Shown here in pieces: positions 10,263 to 19,292 of a stretch of 64,000 nt of DNA (position 1 is the stretch's first letter; the number at the start of each line of letters is the position of its first letter). Below the pieces are notes generated by a model. That model was not told the origin of the DNA, did no database searches, and saw nothing but the letters and a program-made list of their open reading frames with translations. The translations under genes were made by a program, and so were the position numbers. The stretch lies in NCBI GenBank assembly GCA_949293905.1, contig CASFFG010000003.1, positions 13,494 through 77,493 of the forward strand. The letters are read 5' to 3'. This stretch comes from an uncultured Christensenella sp. (lineage in GTDB: Bacteria > Bacillota > Clostridia > Christensenellales > UBA1242).

Positions 10263-10589
10263 ATGACAACTGCGAAAGAATTAGTTTTAAGTAAGAAGAA
10301 ATTCCAGATTGCTAAAAATGAGCAACTTGTTAAAATGTTAACTAAAATTAAAGAAAGTGAGAAGAGCGTTGGCGAAGTTATTCACGCTGAAAATAATCCT
10401 GTAACTGCATATAAAAACCATGAAGGACGAAGCGAATTTGCATACATGGTAAATAACCATGCGCGCGAGATAGTTAATGATGTGCCAGTAACTAAGAAAG
10501 GTGATGTTACAAGTAAAGGATTAAAGAAAGCATTAATTAGTTTTATGACAAAGAAGAATGCTAGTGCTACTCAAGAAATTAGCGCGTAG
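10263..10589 (+). CDS. Hypothetical Lys-rich 108 aa protein (monocistronic)
   Basis: AAAGGAGG SD, its own promoter and its own terminator. No recognisable motif and no TM segment. Confidence 0.6.
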   Translation: MTTAKELVLSKKKFQIAKNEQLVKMLTKIKESEKSVGEVIHAENNPVTAYKNHEGRSEFAYMVNNHAREIVNDVPVTKKGDVTSKGLKKALISFMTKKNASATQEISA

Positions 10590-10599
10590 TTTTTGAACG

Positions 10600-10632
10600 A
10601 ACTCTCACTACATTGTGGGAGTTTTTGCTTTT
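10600..10632 (+). terminator. Rho-independent terminator
   Basis: Stem actctcac (10601-10608) pairs with gtgggagt (10615-10622) including one G-U, followed by a T-rich tail. Confidence 0.7.
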
Positions 10633-10761
10633 TATTAAAATAGGTTTGTAAATCATTATGATATAACATTAATACAATAGTTTTGCATATTTTTATTAAA
10701 AACATTTTACTTAAAACTTGATTTGTGTTAAAATAGAATTATACTGAAAAGGAAGGGGAGT

Positions 10762-11031
10762 ATGAAAGATTTAGTTTATCCTGCTGTTGTGTATAAAGAT
10801 GATGAAAGAACCACTAACACGGGTTGGTATACTATCACTATTAAAGACTTAGATATTGTGACCGAAGGCGAAACTGTGGTTGACGCATACATTAAGGCTA
10901 AGGCGATTCTTTGCGCTATGGTAGAGTGCGCGATAAAATTTGATTGTGAGATAGAATCTCCTAGCGATTTTGAAAAGGTGTATAAGCAGAATAAGAAAGA
11001 TATTGTGCTATTAGTTGACGCGTTAAGTTAG
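10762..11031 (+). CDS. HicB-like (UPF0150-type) small protein
   Basis: The N-terminal pattern YPAVVYKDDE..GWYTITIKDLDIVTEGETVVDAYIKAKAIL resembles the HicB antitoxin N-domain as I remember it. No DNA-binding C-terminal domain is present. GGAAGGGGAG SD. Confidence 0.45.
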   Translation: MKDLVYPAVVYKDDERTTNTGWYTITIKDLDIVTEGETVVDAYIKAKAILCAMVECAIKFDCEIESPSDFEKVYKQNKKDIVLLVDALS

Positions 11032-11038
11032 GTGACCT

Positions 11039-11566
11039 ATGACTAAGGTTAATGTTTTAAACTGGGCTCAACTTGATTTTTTAATAAACAACTTCTATGA
11101 GATAGTGGAGTATAAGCGCGGACGTGGAGTGTATGGTGATAGAGTGATATTAAAGCGTCCTAAAAATCCGCAAGCGATAGTCGGCGAACCTGATAGACTT
11201 TATACCTTCTATTATATGGACGCAAACGCTGTTAAAGAGTTGCCTCGCACAGTGCTTGAGAAAGTATTAATCATTTGCCGTTTCGTTACTTCGCCAGAGT
11301 CTATGAATATACTATGCGAGTTTAACGATGAGAATGGCGTTCAACCTAATGTCTGGGCTGTAGAGACGAAAAGAGTATTAGAAGACGCAAAGACCCTTGA
11401 TTTCAAGGTCCTCAACGATTTGCTTTTAGAAAGGTATAAGTTACTAAATAGTGAGTTTTTAGTTAGACTAAAAAAGCATAGGGAGAAACAATACTTTTTA
11501 GCGAGCAGTGATGAATTTAATTTCATTACAAAAGAATATGCTAACGAACAACTCGCTAGATTGTAG
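11039..11566 (+). CDS. Hypothetical 175 aa protein, co-operonic with the HicB-like gene
   Basis: Starts 7 nt after the upstream stop, with an AGGTGA SD. No recognisable motif. Confidence 0.6.
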   Translation: MTKVNVLNWAQLDFLINNFYEIVEYKRGRGVYGDRVILKRPKNPQAIVGEPDRLYTFYYMDANAVKELPRTVLEKVLIICRFVTSPESMNILCEFNDENGVQPNVWAVETKRVLEDAKTLDFKVLNDLLLERYKLLNSEFLVRLKKHREKQYFLASSDEFNFITKEYANEQLARL

Positions 11567-11668
11567 TCTATATCTGGTTGCTATATGAATCTGGTTGTCT
11601 ATATGAAATAATTTAAAATCCATTTGTAGTTATAAATCTATTAATATAAAAGACATTGTAAAATTAAG

Positions 11669-11725
11669 TCGCGATAATTGAAATATGTTAGATAAGTTCA
11701 TTTCATAGTTATCGTGATTTTTTTA
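11669..11725 (+). terminator. Long imperfect hairpin plus T-run
   Basis: tcgcgataa (11669-11677) pairs with ttatcgtga (11709-11717), with an inner tgaaat/atttca pairing, followed by TTTTTTT. Confidence 0.55.
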
Positions 11726-11992
11726 TAACAAATTTAAACTAATCTTTGAGTTTTTTATTTGCATTAGAACTTTTTAAAAAATTTTAAGTGAGTGGAAAAG
11801 TAAAAATAATCCTAAAAATTTAAATAAAGGTACAAAAATTTAACGAAAAACGCATAAATTTTTAAGAATTTTTTAAATTTTTACGATTTTTCTTCTAATT
11901 TTTCGACAGAACTAGTATTTTTTCGCATGATAAAAAATAATTTAAAAAAACAAACTAATCTCGTAAACTTTCTAAAATCACGCGTATTTTGT

Positions 11993-12021
11993 TTGACAAT
12001 TTTCTTAAATTCTATTAGAAT
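11993..12021 (+). promoter_or_regulatory. Sigma-A promoter of the 1239 aa surface protein gene
   Basis: TTGACA (11993-11998), 17 nt spacer, TAGAAT (12016-12021). Confidence 0.7.
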
Positions 12022-12061
12022 ATTTTAGACTTAAATAACAAGGAGATAACAAGGAGACAAA

Positions 12062-15000
12062 ATGAAAACCAAAACTAATTTTTTTAAACTTTGCTTGTGT
12101 TTTGTTGCGTTCGCTATTTTTAGCGTGTTGTTTGCCTTTGCGCCAACATTAACCACTTTTGCAGCGGAACTCAATAATTATGCTTATGTATTCAGCATGA
12201 CGAACATGCCTGATAGAGTGGTAGACATAAGTGAGAATGGAGAATTCTTAATCCCGATCCCTACAACTCAAATGGGTACCACTTGGACGAGTTATAAAAT
12301 TATTGTAAAAGACGCGTCTGGACAAACTCACACTTATTCTTCCAATGAGGATAATGCGGAAGATACTTATTTCACCCTTGATGGTGAATATGTTAAAGTT
12401 AACACTACCGTTGCAGGACAGTACGATGTTTATTACGAATTGACTGGAGATATCGGTACTGTTAGGTCTAACGCATATAAGGTTACTTTAATTAATACTA
12501 CCTACGAAATTGACTTTTCGATTTTTGAAGGTGGCGTGGATACCGGCTTAGATGCATTAATTCCGTCTCAAATCAAATTAGGTGAGAGTTTTACTCTCCC
12601 TACTGCATATGTGAAAGAAGCAGATTCGGACGAAATATTCACTGATAGAACCGTGACTTTAAAAGTAACAAACTCTAATGGTGAAGAAGTTCTTTTGACC
12701 GACAATGTGTTTACTACAGGAAGTGAGACGAACGAGAACAATGTCGGCTCATACACTATTGAATATTCATATGTCGGCGGAACTAATAATCCTACTGTTA
12801 CATTTACGATTGATGTTGTTAGTGAAGAAGACTATGAAACTCCAACCGAGACAAATATTGTTACTCCAACATTCCCTAGTTTTGAGTTAGGAGATACTGA
12901 AATCACGTTGCCAAGAGTTACAGTAAACGAAAGATATGAGAATACCACTAAAAATAATGTAGATTATAATATCAAATCTATTACTATCCAAAAGGAAAAT
13001 AGTGAATTTAAACAGACTCTTTCAAATAACAGCCTTGTCTTTGATATGACGCTCGACGCATTTAAAGATAGCAATGACGCAAGTCCTACAAGTTACAAAG
13101 ATTTAGTTGGCAATTATACTATTACTTACGAGATAGAAACTGCTTATACTACATTGACTAGAACTTATCGTATAACGAATGTTAACTTTGTGTCTAATCC
13201 AGAAGTATATATGGCGTACAATTATACTGCAGGAGATACTGATGTAGATACTAATTACGCAGTAGATTTGCGTGCTAATTATGGTTATAATGAAATCGTT
13301 TTACCTGCTATTTACGCAACAGATAAGGTAAGTGCTAGTGATGATTTGATAGTTGTTAGATATTTACAAAGAAATAGTGACAATCGCATTTTCTATGTGG
13401 ACAACAAGGCTATTGATGGTGGAGAACTCGTAACAATTGACGAAGATTATCTTGCTAGCCACACAAATGTTTCAATTAACCAAGCAACTCTAAACACTGG
13501 TGACGATTATTACACAAAGGCACAAGTATTTAGTTTCTTAAAAGAACCTGTTAGAGAAGACTACGATAGCGATGAAGCATATCAAACGGCACATCAGGAA
13601 TATCTAGATGAAATAGCAGACTATGCTGGCGAATATACTCTTTACTACCAAGTTTATTCCAAGGTGTCGGAGAAGACTAACTATGTATATTCTTCTGGCA
13701 CAACTAGATATACAATTAATATTGTTGCAGACGCGAACTATACTGCAGATACTGAATCTATCCCAAGCATTTCATTTAGTAACTTTACTAATCGTTCAGT
13801 TAATCCTACTGACGAGTTTGAAATTGCAGTTAGTGCGACTGACGATAATGATACACGTGTAAAGACTGCCATGTACTATTTCTATGACGAAAATGATGCA
13901 GATTTAGAAGAAACTATTAGAAATGCATTAAACGCTGCTGCTAATGAAGACACTAATACAATCGGTTTAACGAGCAATATATTAGATAGTAGTGCGTTCA
14001 TATCTTCAATGCAGGATACTTATTCTACATTTACTCAACTTACTACTAGCGAAGATGCAAACACCTTTGACTTTAAACTTGCTGATTACGAAAATCAAAC
14101 AAGCGTTACCGTTGTAGCAATAGCATTTAATGACGACATTCAATTTGGTTATGTTACTAGAATGTTATCTCTTCGTAACACGACTAATGATAGCGATGCT
14201 CCTACAGCAATCGTTGATACAGAGAATAGTAGTTTCACTGCTACCGGGGATAGCGATACAGTATTGACATTAACCGGCGTTAAGCAATTTGATGAAGTAA
14301 CTCTTCCTACAATTAGGTTTAGCGATTTAGATGCAAGTCTAAACATCTCGGTAATGTATTATGTAAAGAAAAATGAAGACGACACAACTTATGCATATAA
14401 ATACCCTAATAATTACGCATTAGCGGGAAATAATGTAGTTGGCGGAACAATCACTGCTACTCAGGCTGGAACTTACTATGTGGTTTATACTGCAACTGAT
14501 GACGCAGGTAACACAACAACGGTATTCGTAACATTCGAAGCAACTGAGAATACTGATAGAATTCTCGAAGTTGAAACAAGTTTAGGTTCATCAACTTCGG
14601 TAGAGCAGGGTGAAACAGTAACATTCTATCCAACAGTTTACGATTATACTCATACAGAAGATTTAACAGACACCTATTATGACGATATTTCGATAATTGA
14701 TGTTAAAGCAAGCGGAAGATATGAACTCGTTGAAGACGATGTGTATTCATACAAATTCTATGGAGTAGGGGCTTATACCTTTACTTTCCAATTAACAAAT
14801 GGCGAAAGTGAACCTATCACACAAGAAGTAATTATTAATGTAACTAGTGCAACACTTGATTGGGATAGCGAGCCTTCAATCAGTTCAACTGCTGTTGCAG
14901 GTGAAACTATTGATTTAGGTGCACCTACTGCAATGCTTGCTGGTGAGCGCGCAGATATAACTGTTACAGTAACTACTCCAAGTAGTACAACTGTAGACGC

Positions 15001-15781
15001 TGTTTACGATAATGACCACTGGACATATACTGTTCCAGCAACAGGAAATAACATTAACGGAACGTACACTGTAACCTATACAGCAAAGACCGACAATTTA
15101 ACTATTAGCGAAACTAGAACATTTAGAGTGGGTGACCTAGAAGCCCCTAAGATTACTCTAAAAGTTGCTGATAGTGATTTAACTAGAGATATTGTGTATA
15201 ACGGAACGGATATAACTTATACCATCGAAAAAGTTACAACTCCGTCCACTGATAGAAAAGTTGTTATAACTGTTCGTAGGGGCGATGAGCAAATCTATTC
15301 GTACGAAATTATGGATAGAACTACTGGACTTAGCGATAACAACGCGACTTCAACTAGATTGTGGAATAATTTGACTGTTACCCTAACTAGTGATAATGGC
15401 TCAATTACAAGTGAAGAAGACGGCAATATTACAACATACACAATTTCAGCAACAGGCGAATATACTTTAACCATTAAGACTTACGATAATGCAACTGAGT
15501 CTACAAGCAATGTTGGTACTAAGACATTGACATTCAGTATTAAGGCAGAATCAACTCCTGATGACGAAAATGACAATGTAGTTGGCGTAGTATTAATAGT
15601 ATTATCTCTCGTAGTGCTTGCTGGTGTAATCTTGTTCTTCGCATTCACTGGTAAAGGCGGAAAAGGTGGCAAGAACTCAAAATCTAAGAAAACCGCTTCC
15701 AAGAAAGAAGAAGAGATAGAGCAAGTTAGCGAAGATGACTCTACTAGCGATGAAGCAAAAACAGGCGAGGTTGAAGAGTAA
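12062..15781 (+). CDS. Large type-I membrane-anchored surface protein with repeated Ig-like modules
   Basis: Signal peptide MKTKTNFFKLCLCFVAFAIFSVLFAFAPTLTTFA-AE. About 8 recurrences of the G-x-Y-T-(I/L/V)-x-Y strand motif, for example AGTYYVVYTATDDAGNTTTVFVTFE and NGTYTVTYTAKTD. C-terminal TM VVGVVLIVLSLVVLAGVILFFAF, followed by a roughly 44 aa Lys-then-Glu-rich tail. Confidence 0.85.
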   Translation: MKTKTNFFKLCLCFVAFAIFSVLFAFAPTLTTFAAELNNYAYVFSMTNMPDRVVDISENGEFLIPIPTTQMGTTWTSYKIIVKDASGQTHTYSSNEDNAEDTYFTLDGEYVKVNTTVAGQYDVYYELTGDIGTVRSNAYKVTLINTTYEIDFSIFEGGVDTGLDALIPSQIKLGESFTLPTAYVKEADSDEIFTDRTVTLKVTNSNGEEVLLTDNVFTTGSETNENNVGSYTIEYSYVGGTNNPTVTFTIDVVSEEDYETPTETNIVTPTFPSFELGDTEITLPRVTVNERYENTTKNNVDYNIKSITIQKENSEFKQTLSNNSLVFDMTLDAFKDSNDASPTSYKDLVGNYTITYEIETAYTTLTRTYRITNVNFVSNPEVYMAYNYTAGDTDVDTNYAVDLRANYGYNEIVLPAIYATDKVSASDDLIVVRYLQRNSDNRIFYVDNKAIDGGELVTIDEDYLASHTNVSINQATLNTGDDYYTKAQVFSFLKEPVREDYDSDEAYQTAHQEYLDEIADYAGEYTLYYQVYSKVSEKTNYVYSSGTTRYTINIVADANYTADTESIPSISFSNFTNRSVNPTDEFEIAVSATDDNDTRVKTAMYYFYDENDADLEETIRNALNAAANEDTNTIGLTSNILDSSAFISSMQDTYSTFTQLTTSEDANTFDFKLADYENQTSVTVVAIAFNDDIQFGYVTRMLSLRNTTNDSDAPTAIVDTENSSFTATGDSDTVLTLTGVKQFDEVTLPTIRFSDLDASLNISVMYYVKKNEDDTTYAYKYPNNYALAGNNVVGGTITATQAGTYYVVYTATDDAGNTTTVFVTFEATENTDRILEVETSLGSSTSVEQGETVTFYPTVYDYTHTEDLTDTYYDDISIIDVKASGRYELVEDDVYSYKFYGVGAYTFTFQLTNGESEPITQEVIINVTSATLDWDSEPSISSTAVAGETIDLGAPTAMLAGERADITVTVTTPSSTTVDAVYDNDHWTYTVPATGNNINGTYTVTYTAKTDNLTISETRTFRVGDLEAPKITLKVADSDLTRDIVYNGTDITYTIEKVTTPSTDRKVVITVRRGDEQIYSYEIMDRTTGLSDNNATSTRLWNNLTVTLTSDNGSITSEEDGNITTYTISATGEYTLTIKTYDNATESTSNVGTKTLTFSIKAESTPDDENDNVVGVVLIVLSLVVLAGVILFFAFTGKGGKGGKNSKSKKTASKKEEEIEQVSEDDSTSDEAKTGEVEE

Positions 15782-15801
15782 TTGATTTAAGATTATAAAG
15801 T

Positions 15802-15834
15802 AGGAAAGGGGGATTATCCCTTTCCTATTTTTTT
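15802..15834 (+). terminator. Rho-independent terminator
   Basis: aggaaaggg (15802-15810) pairs with ccctttcct (15818-15826), followed by a T-run. Confidence 0.85.
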
Positions 15835-15895
15835 ACAATAAAAATAATTTTAGCATTATTAAATTCGTTTTAAAAAATTTACGATTCAATTCTGT

Positions 15896-15924
15896 TTGAC
15901 TTGTAATTAGATAATTGTTATACT
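15896..15924 (+). promoter_or_regulatory. Sigma-A promoter of ppa
   Basis: TTGACT (15896-15901), 17 nt spacer, TGt-TATACT (15916-15924). Confidence 0.65.
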
Positions 15925-15949
15925 ATACAAGTATACAAAAGGGGAAGAC

Positions 15950-16480
15950 ATGAATATTTGGAAAGATATTGACGAAAAAAGAATTACTCCCAATGATTTT
16001 ATTGCATGTATCGAAATTCAACAGGGGGACAAAACTAAATACGAATTAGATAAAGAAACTGGCATGCTAAGGCTAGATAGAGTTTTATATACTAGTACGA
16101 ATTACCCTATGAACTACGGCTTTATTCCGCTCACATATAGCGAAGATGACGACCCGCTCGACGTATTCGTTCTATGTTCTCAACCGCTCGCTAGATTATC
16201 ATTAGTTAGGTGTTATCCTATCGGCGTAGTTGCAATGACCGATATTAATGAAAGAGATGAGAAAATTATTGCAATTCCGTTCAGCGACCCACTTTATAAT
16301 GAGTATAAAGATATAACAGATTTACCAAAACATTTGTCGCAAGAATTGGAGCATTTCTTAACCGTGTATAAACAGTTGGAAAATAAAATTGTCAATGTAG
16401 AGTCTCTTCGCGGACATGAAGAAGCAATTAAAGTCATTGAAGAAAATATCGTTAGATATAAAGAAAAATTTAACAAGTAG
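15950..16480 (+). CDS. ppa: Inorganic pyrophosphatase (family I)
   Basis: 176 aa with family I motifs: KYELDKETG, NYGFIPLTYSEDDDPLDVFVL. Confidence 0.93.
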   Translation: MNIWKDIDEKRITPNDFIACIEIQQGDKTKYELDKETGMLRLDRVLYTSTNYPMNYGFIPLTYSEDDDPLDVFVLCSQPLARLSLVRCYPIGVVAMTDINERDEKIIAIPFSDPLYNEYKDITDLPKHLSQELEHFLTVYKQLENKIVNVESLRGHEEAIKVIEENIVRYKEKFNK

Positions 16481-16492
16481 GCTAAATGCAAA

Positions 16493-16528
16493 TAAAAAAA
16501 GACTAGAGAAATTTTCTAGTCTTTTTTA
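16493..16528. terminator. Bidirectional terminator between ppa and uvrB
   Basis: agactaga (16500-16507) pairs with tctagtct (16515-16522). An A-run lies upstream and a T-run downstream. Confidence 0.8.
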
Positions 16529-18487
16529 TCGAATTTTTCGCCGTAGTTTTGCTATTTCTTCACGCAATTTAATAGCGGTCTCAAAATCTAGTTGAGATGC
16601 AGCGGTACTCATCATACCTTTAAGGCTTTCAATCTTCTTTAAAATGTCGCTCTTAGACATCTTCTCTTCGTCCGTATCCATGCGGATTTTAAGCGTATCT
16701 ACGATTTCCTTCTTTATGGTCATAGGTTTAACATTGTGTTCAATATTGTACTGCATTTGTTTTTCTCGCCTATAATTAGTCTCGTCTATGGCTTTTTTCA
16801 TGCTGTCCGTCATGTTATCCGCGTACATGATAACCTTACTTTCACTATTTCTCGCTGCACGCCCGATAATTTGTATTAGAGAGGTAGCACTTCGCAAGAA
16901 ACCTTCTTTGTCTGCATCGAGAATTGCAACAAGAGTAACCTCAGGTAAATCTAGTCCTTCTCTTAGTAGATTGATACCGATAAGCACGTCAAATTCGTCC
17001 GCACGCAACTCATTAATTATCTTAACGCGTTCTAGAGTATCAATGTCACTATGTAGATATTTTACTCTAATTCCGTTTTCGCCAAAATATGCGCATAAAT
17101 CTTCTGCCATTTTCTTGGTTAGCGTGGTGACGAGTACTTTCCCGTGTTTCTCAATGTTTTTCTTTATTTCATCATATAGGTCGTCCACTTGTCCCGAACT
17201 TGGACGAACGATAACTTCTGGATCAAGTAGGTAGGTAGGACGAATAATTTGTTCTACTACATTGCCCGCAAGTGATAATTCGTATTCGTTAGGGGTAGCA
17301 GAAACATAAATTGCTTGTCCAATACGGTTGTTAAATTCTTCAAAATTTAGTGGGCGGTTATCGTACGCGCTAGGGAGCCTAAAACCGTAATCTACTAGAC
17401 TAGTTTTTCGTGCTCTATCTCCGTTATACATTCCGCGCACTTGCGGTAGTGTAATGTGGCTTTCGTCTACAAACAATAAAAATCCCTTAGGGAAATAGTC
17501 GAGTAGAGTGTATGGCGGTTCGCCCGGCAATCTTCCGTCAAAATATCTAGAATAATTTTCTATTCCTGAGCAGTATCCCATCTCGCGCATCATCTCTAAG
17601 TCGTAATTTGTGCGTTCTTTTATTCGTTGTGCTTCTATATATTTTCCTTGGTCATTAAATAATTTTTCGCGTTCAATCGCGTCCTTGCGAATCTGTTCAA
17701 GTGCATGCTCCAACTTTTCGCTACCAACGGCATAGTGACTTGCGGGGAAGATGCTAACGTGTTTAAGTTTACTGATAACTTTCCCCGTAACGACATCAAA
17801 TTCGCATATATTTTCAACTTCGTCATCAAAGAATTCAACTCTCACTGCATGTTCACTGCTGTCCGCAGGAAAAATGTCTACCACATCACCGCGCGCCCGG
17901 AAAGTTGAACGAGTAAAATCAATCTCATTGCGCTGATATTGAATGGCTATTAGCCTGTGAATTAAATCTTCACGCGTCATTTTATCACCCAAACGAATGG
18001 AAATTTGGAGGTTAAAGTATTCTTCTGGTGCACCCAGTCCATAAATACACGAAACTGACGCAACGACTATTGTATCACTGCGCTCAAGTAGGCTACTTGT
18101 AGCACTATGTCGCAGTTTGTCTATTTCGTCATTTACGCTCATATCTTTTTCAATGTAGGTATCGCTTGAAACTATGTATGCTTCTGGCTGGTAATAGTCG
18201 TAGTATGAAACAAAAAATTCCACCCTATTGTTAGGGAAAAATTCTCTAAATTCGTTACATAACTGCGCTGCAAGTGTCTTGTTGTGTGCTAAAACAAGAG
18301 TGGGACGATTAACCTGTGCTATAACATTTGCCATAGTGAATGTTTTTCCGCTACCTGTAACGCCTTTTAACACTTGTGCGCTAAGTCCGTCCTGGATACC
18401 TTCCACTAACGACTTTATCGCTTCTGGCTGGTCACCCGTAGGTTTATATTTGGAAACTAACTCAAACTTTCTATATTCCATATGCAC
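16526..18487 (-). CDS. uvrB: Excinuclease ABC subunit B
   Basis: 653 aa. Walker [11 protein letters not shown], helicase motifs, and a C-terminal UVR domain ([17 protein letters not shown]). The true start may be the second ATG at 18481. Confidence 0.97.
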   Translation of the reverse strand: MHMEYRKFELVSKYKPTGDQPEAIKSLVEGIQDGLSAQVLKGVTGSGKTFTMANVIAQVNRPTLVLAHNKTLAAQLCNEFREFFPNNRVEFFVSYYDYYQPEAYIVSSDTYIEKDMSVNDEIDKLRHSATSSLLERSDTIVVASVSCIYGLGAPEEYFNLQISIRLGDKMTREDLIHRLIAIQYQRNEIDFTRSTFRARGDVVDIFPADSSEHAVRVEFFDDEVENICEFDVVTGKVISKLKHVSIFPASHYAVGSEKLEHALEQIRKDAIEREKLFNDQGKYIEAQRIKERTNYDLEMMREMGYCSGIENYSRYFDGRLPGEPPYTLLDYFPKGFLLFVDESHITLPQVRGMYNGDRARKTSLVDYGFRLPSAYDNRPLNFEEFNNRIGQAIYVSATPNEYELSLAGNVVEQIIRPTYLLDPEVIVRPSSGQVDDLYDEIKKNIEKHGKVLVTTLTKKMAEDLCAYFGENGIRVKYLHSDIDTLERVKIINELRADEFDVLIGINLLREGLDLPEVTLVAILDADKEGFLRSATSLIQIIGRAARNSESKVIMYADNMTDSMKKAIDETNYRREKQMQYNIEHNVKPMTIKKEIVDTLKIRMDTDEEKMSKSDILKKIESLKGMMSTAASQLDFETAIKLREEIAKLRRKIR

Positions 18488-18847
18488 CTACATAAAAATT
18501 AAACGAATTAGCACACCTATAATACCACTAATTACGGCGAGGATACAAGTCCTACCAAGCAAAAGGAGGAGATTGCGCTTATTATTCGTAAGTTCCCTAT
18601 GAAAGCCTTCTCCCTTAATTTTTAGCGATACGCAATATACTGGACTACCTTTCTTATCGCTTTTAAAGAGTTCGATGTAGTTGTCATAACTCAGGTTTGT
18701 CATAATGCGCTCTAATTCATCTGGCTGGATAACATATCTATCCGCAGTAAAAGATATAATTTCGCGTGGAGAAATTAGGCAAGATTTCTTGCCCTGACAT
18801 CTCTCATATACATATTCCATTACATATTTTTCTTTAAATGTTAGCAT
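18488..18847 (-). CDS. Hypothetical protein: roughly 85 aa soluble N-domain plus C-terminal TM
   Basis: 119 aa, directly abutting the uvrB start. C-terminal hydrophobic segment LLLLLGRTCILAVISGIIGVLIRLIF. Resembles the upstream 122 aa ORF. Confidence 0.6.
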   Translation of the reverse strand: MLTFKEKYVMEYVYERCQGKKSCLISPREIISFTADRYVIQPDELERIMTNLSYDNYIELFKSDKKGSPVYCVSLKIKGEGFHRELTNNKRNLLLLLGRTCILAVISGIIGVLIRLIFM

Positions 18848-18854
18848 ACAAATT

Positions 18855-19223
18855 TTATAACATTATTGCGAAGAATATAACTAGCGCGAGCATACTCCCT
18901 AAAAACGACGCAATTGAGATAAAAACATAATGTAAGAAGGAAGATGTCGTTTTTTTCGTCTTAGATTTCCCCGTCTCCTGCTCTAAGAAAATTCGAGCCT
19001 TAGGGAGAAGGGAGTAGCAGTAAGTATTTTCTTCGCTAAACTTGATATTAATGTACTCCTGTTTGCCTAAAAAATCCATTATCTCGCGGATTGAGTCCAT
19101 ATCATATTGAGATTTTTGATTGAGTAGCGCGATAATTTCTTCGCTAGACGCCACTTTGTATGTCGTCCCCGTCGCGAGTTTATTGAGCGCTTTTAGTACG
19201 GAAATAGACTTTTTATCTAACAT
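18855..19223 (-). CDS. Hypothetical protein: roughly 85 aa soluble N-domain plus C-terminal TM (paralog of 18488..18847)
   Basis: 122 aa. C-terminal TM FLHYVFISIASFLGSMLALVIFFAIM. The N-domain pattern (EEIIALL...IREIMDFL...YINI) looks winged-helix-like, which is my inference. Confidence 0.6.
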   Translation of the reverse strand: MLDKKSISVLKALNKLATGTTYKVASSEEIIALLNQKSQYDMDSIREIMDFLGKQEYINIKFSEENTYCYSLLPKARIFLEQETGKSKTKKTTSSFLHYVFISIASFLGSMLALVIFFAIML

Positions 19224-19233
19224 GATTACCTCG

Positions 19234-19262
19234 ATTATATCATTTTAAATTATTTTTTGCAA
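19234..19262 (-). promoter_or_regulatory. Sigma-A promoter of the uvrB operon
   Basis: Read on the minus strand: TTGCAA (19262-19257), 17 nt spacer, TATAAT (19239-19234). It lies only 10 nt from the ATG. Confidence 0.6.
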
Positions 19263-19292
19263 ACTTTTCTAAATTATTTATAGAATTAATAT

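Noticed and set aside
11567-11607. Interleaved short repeats (tctatat, atctggttg, ctatatgaa) just after the 175 aa gene.
   Set aside because: The units are too short and irregular to assign a function, and the real terminator hairpin lies further downstream at 11669-11725.
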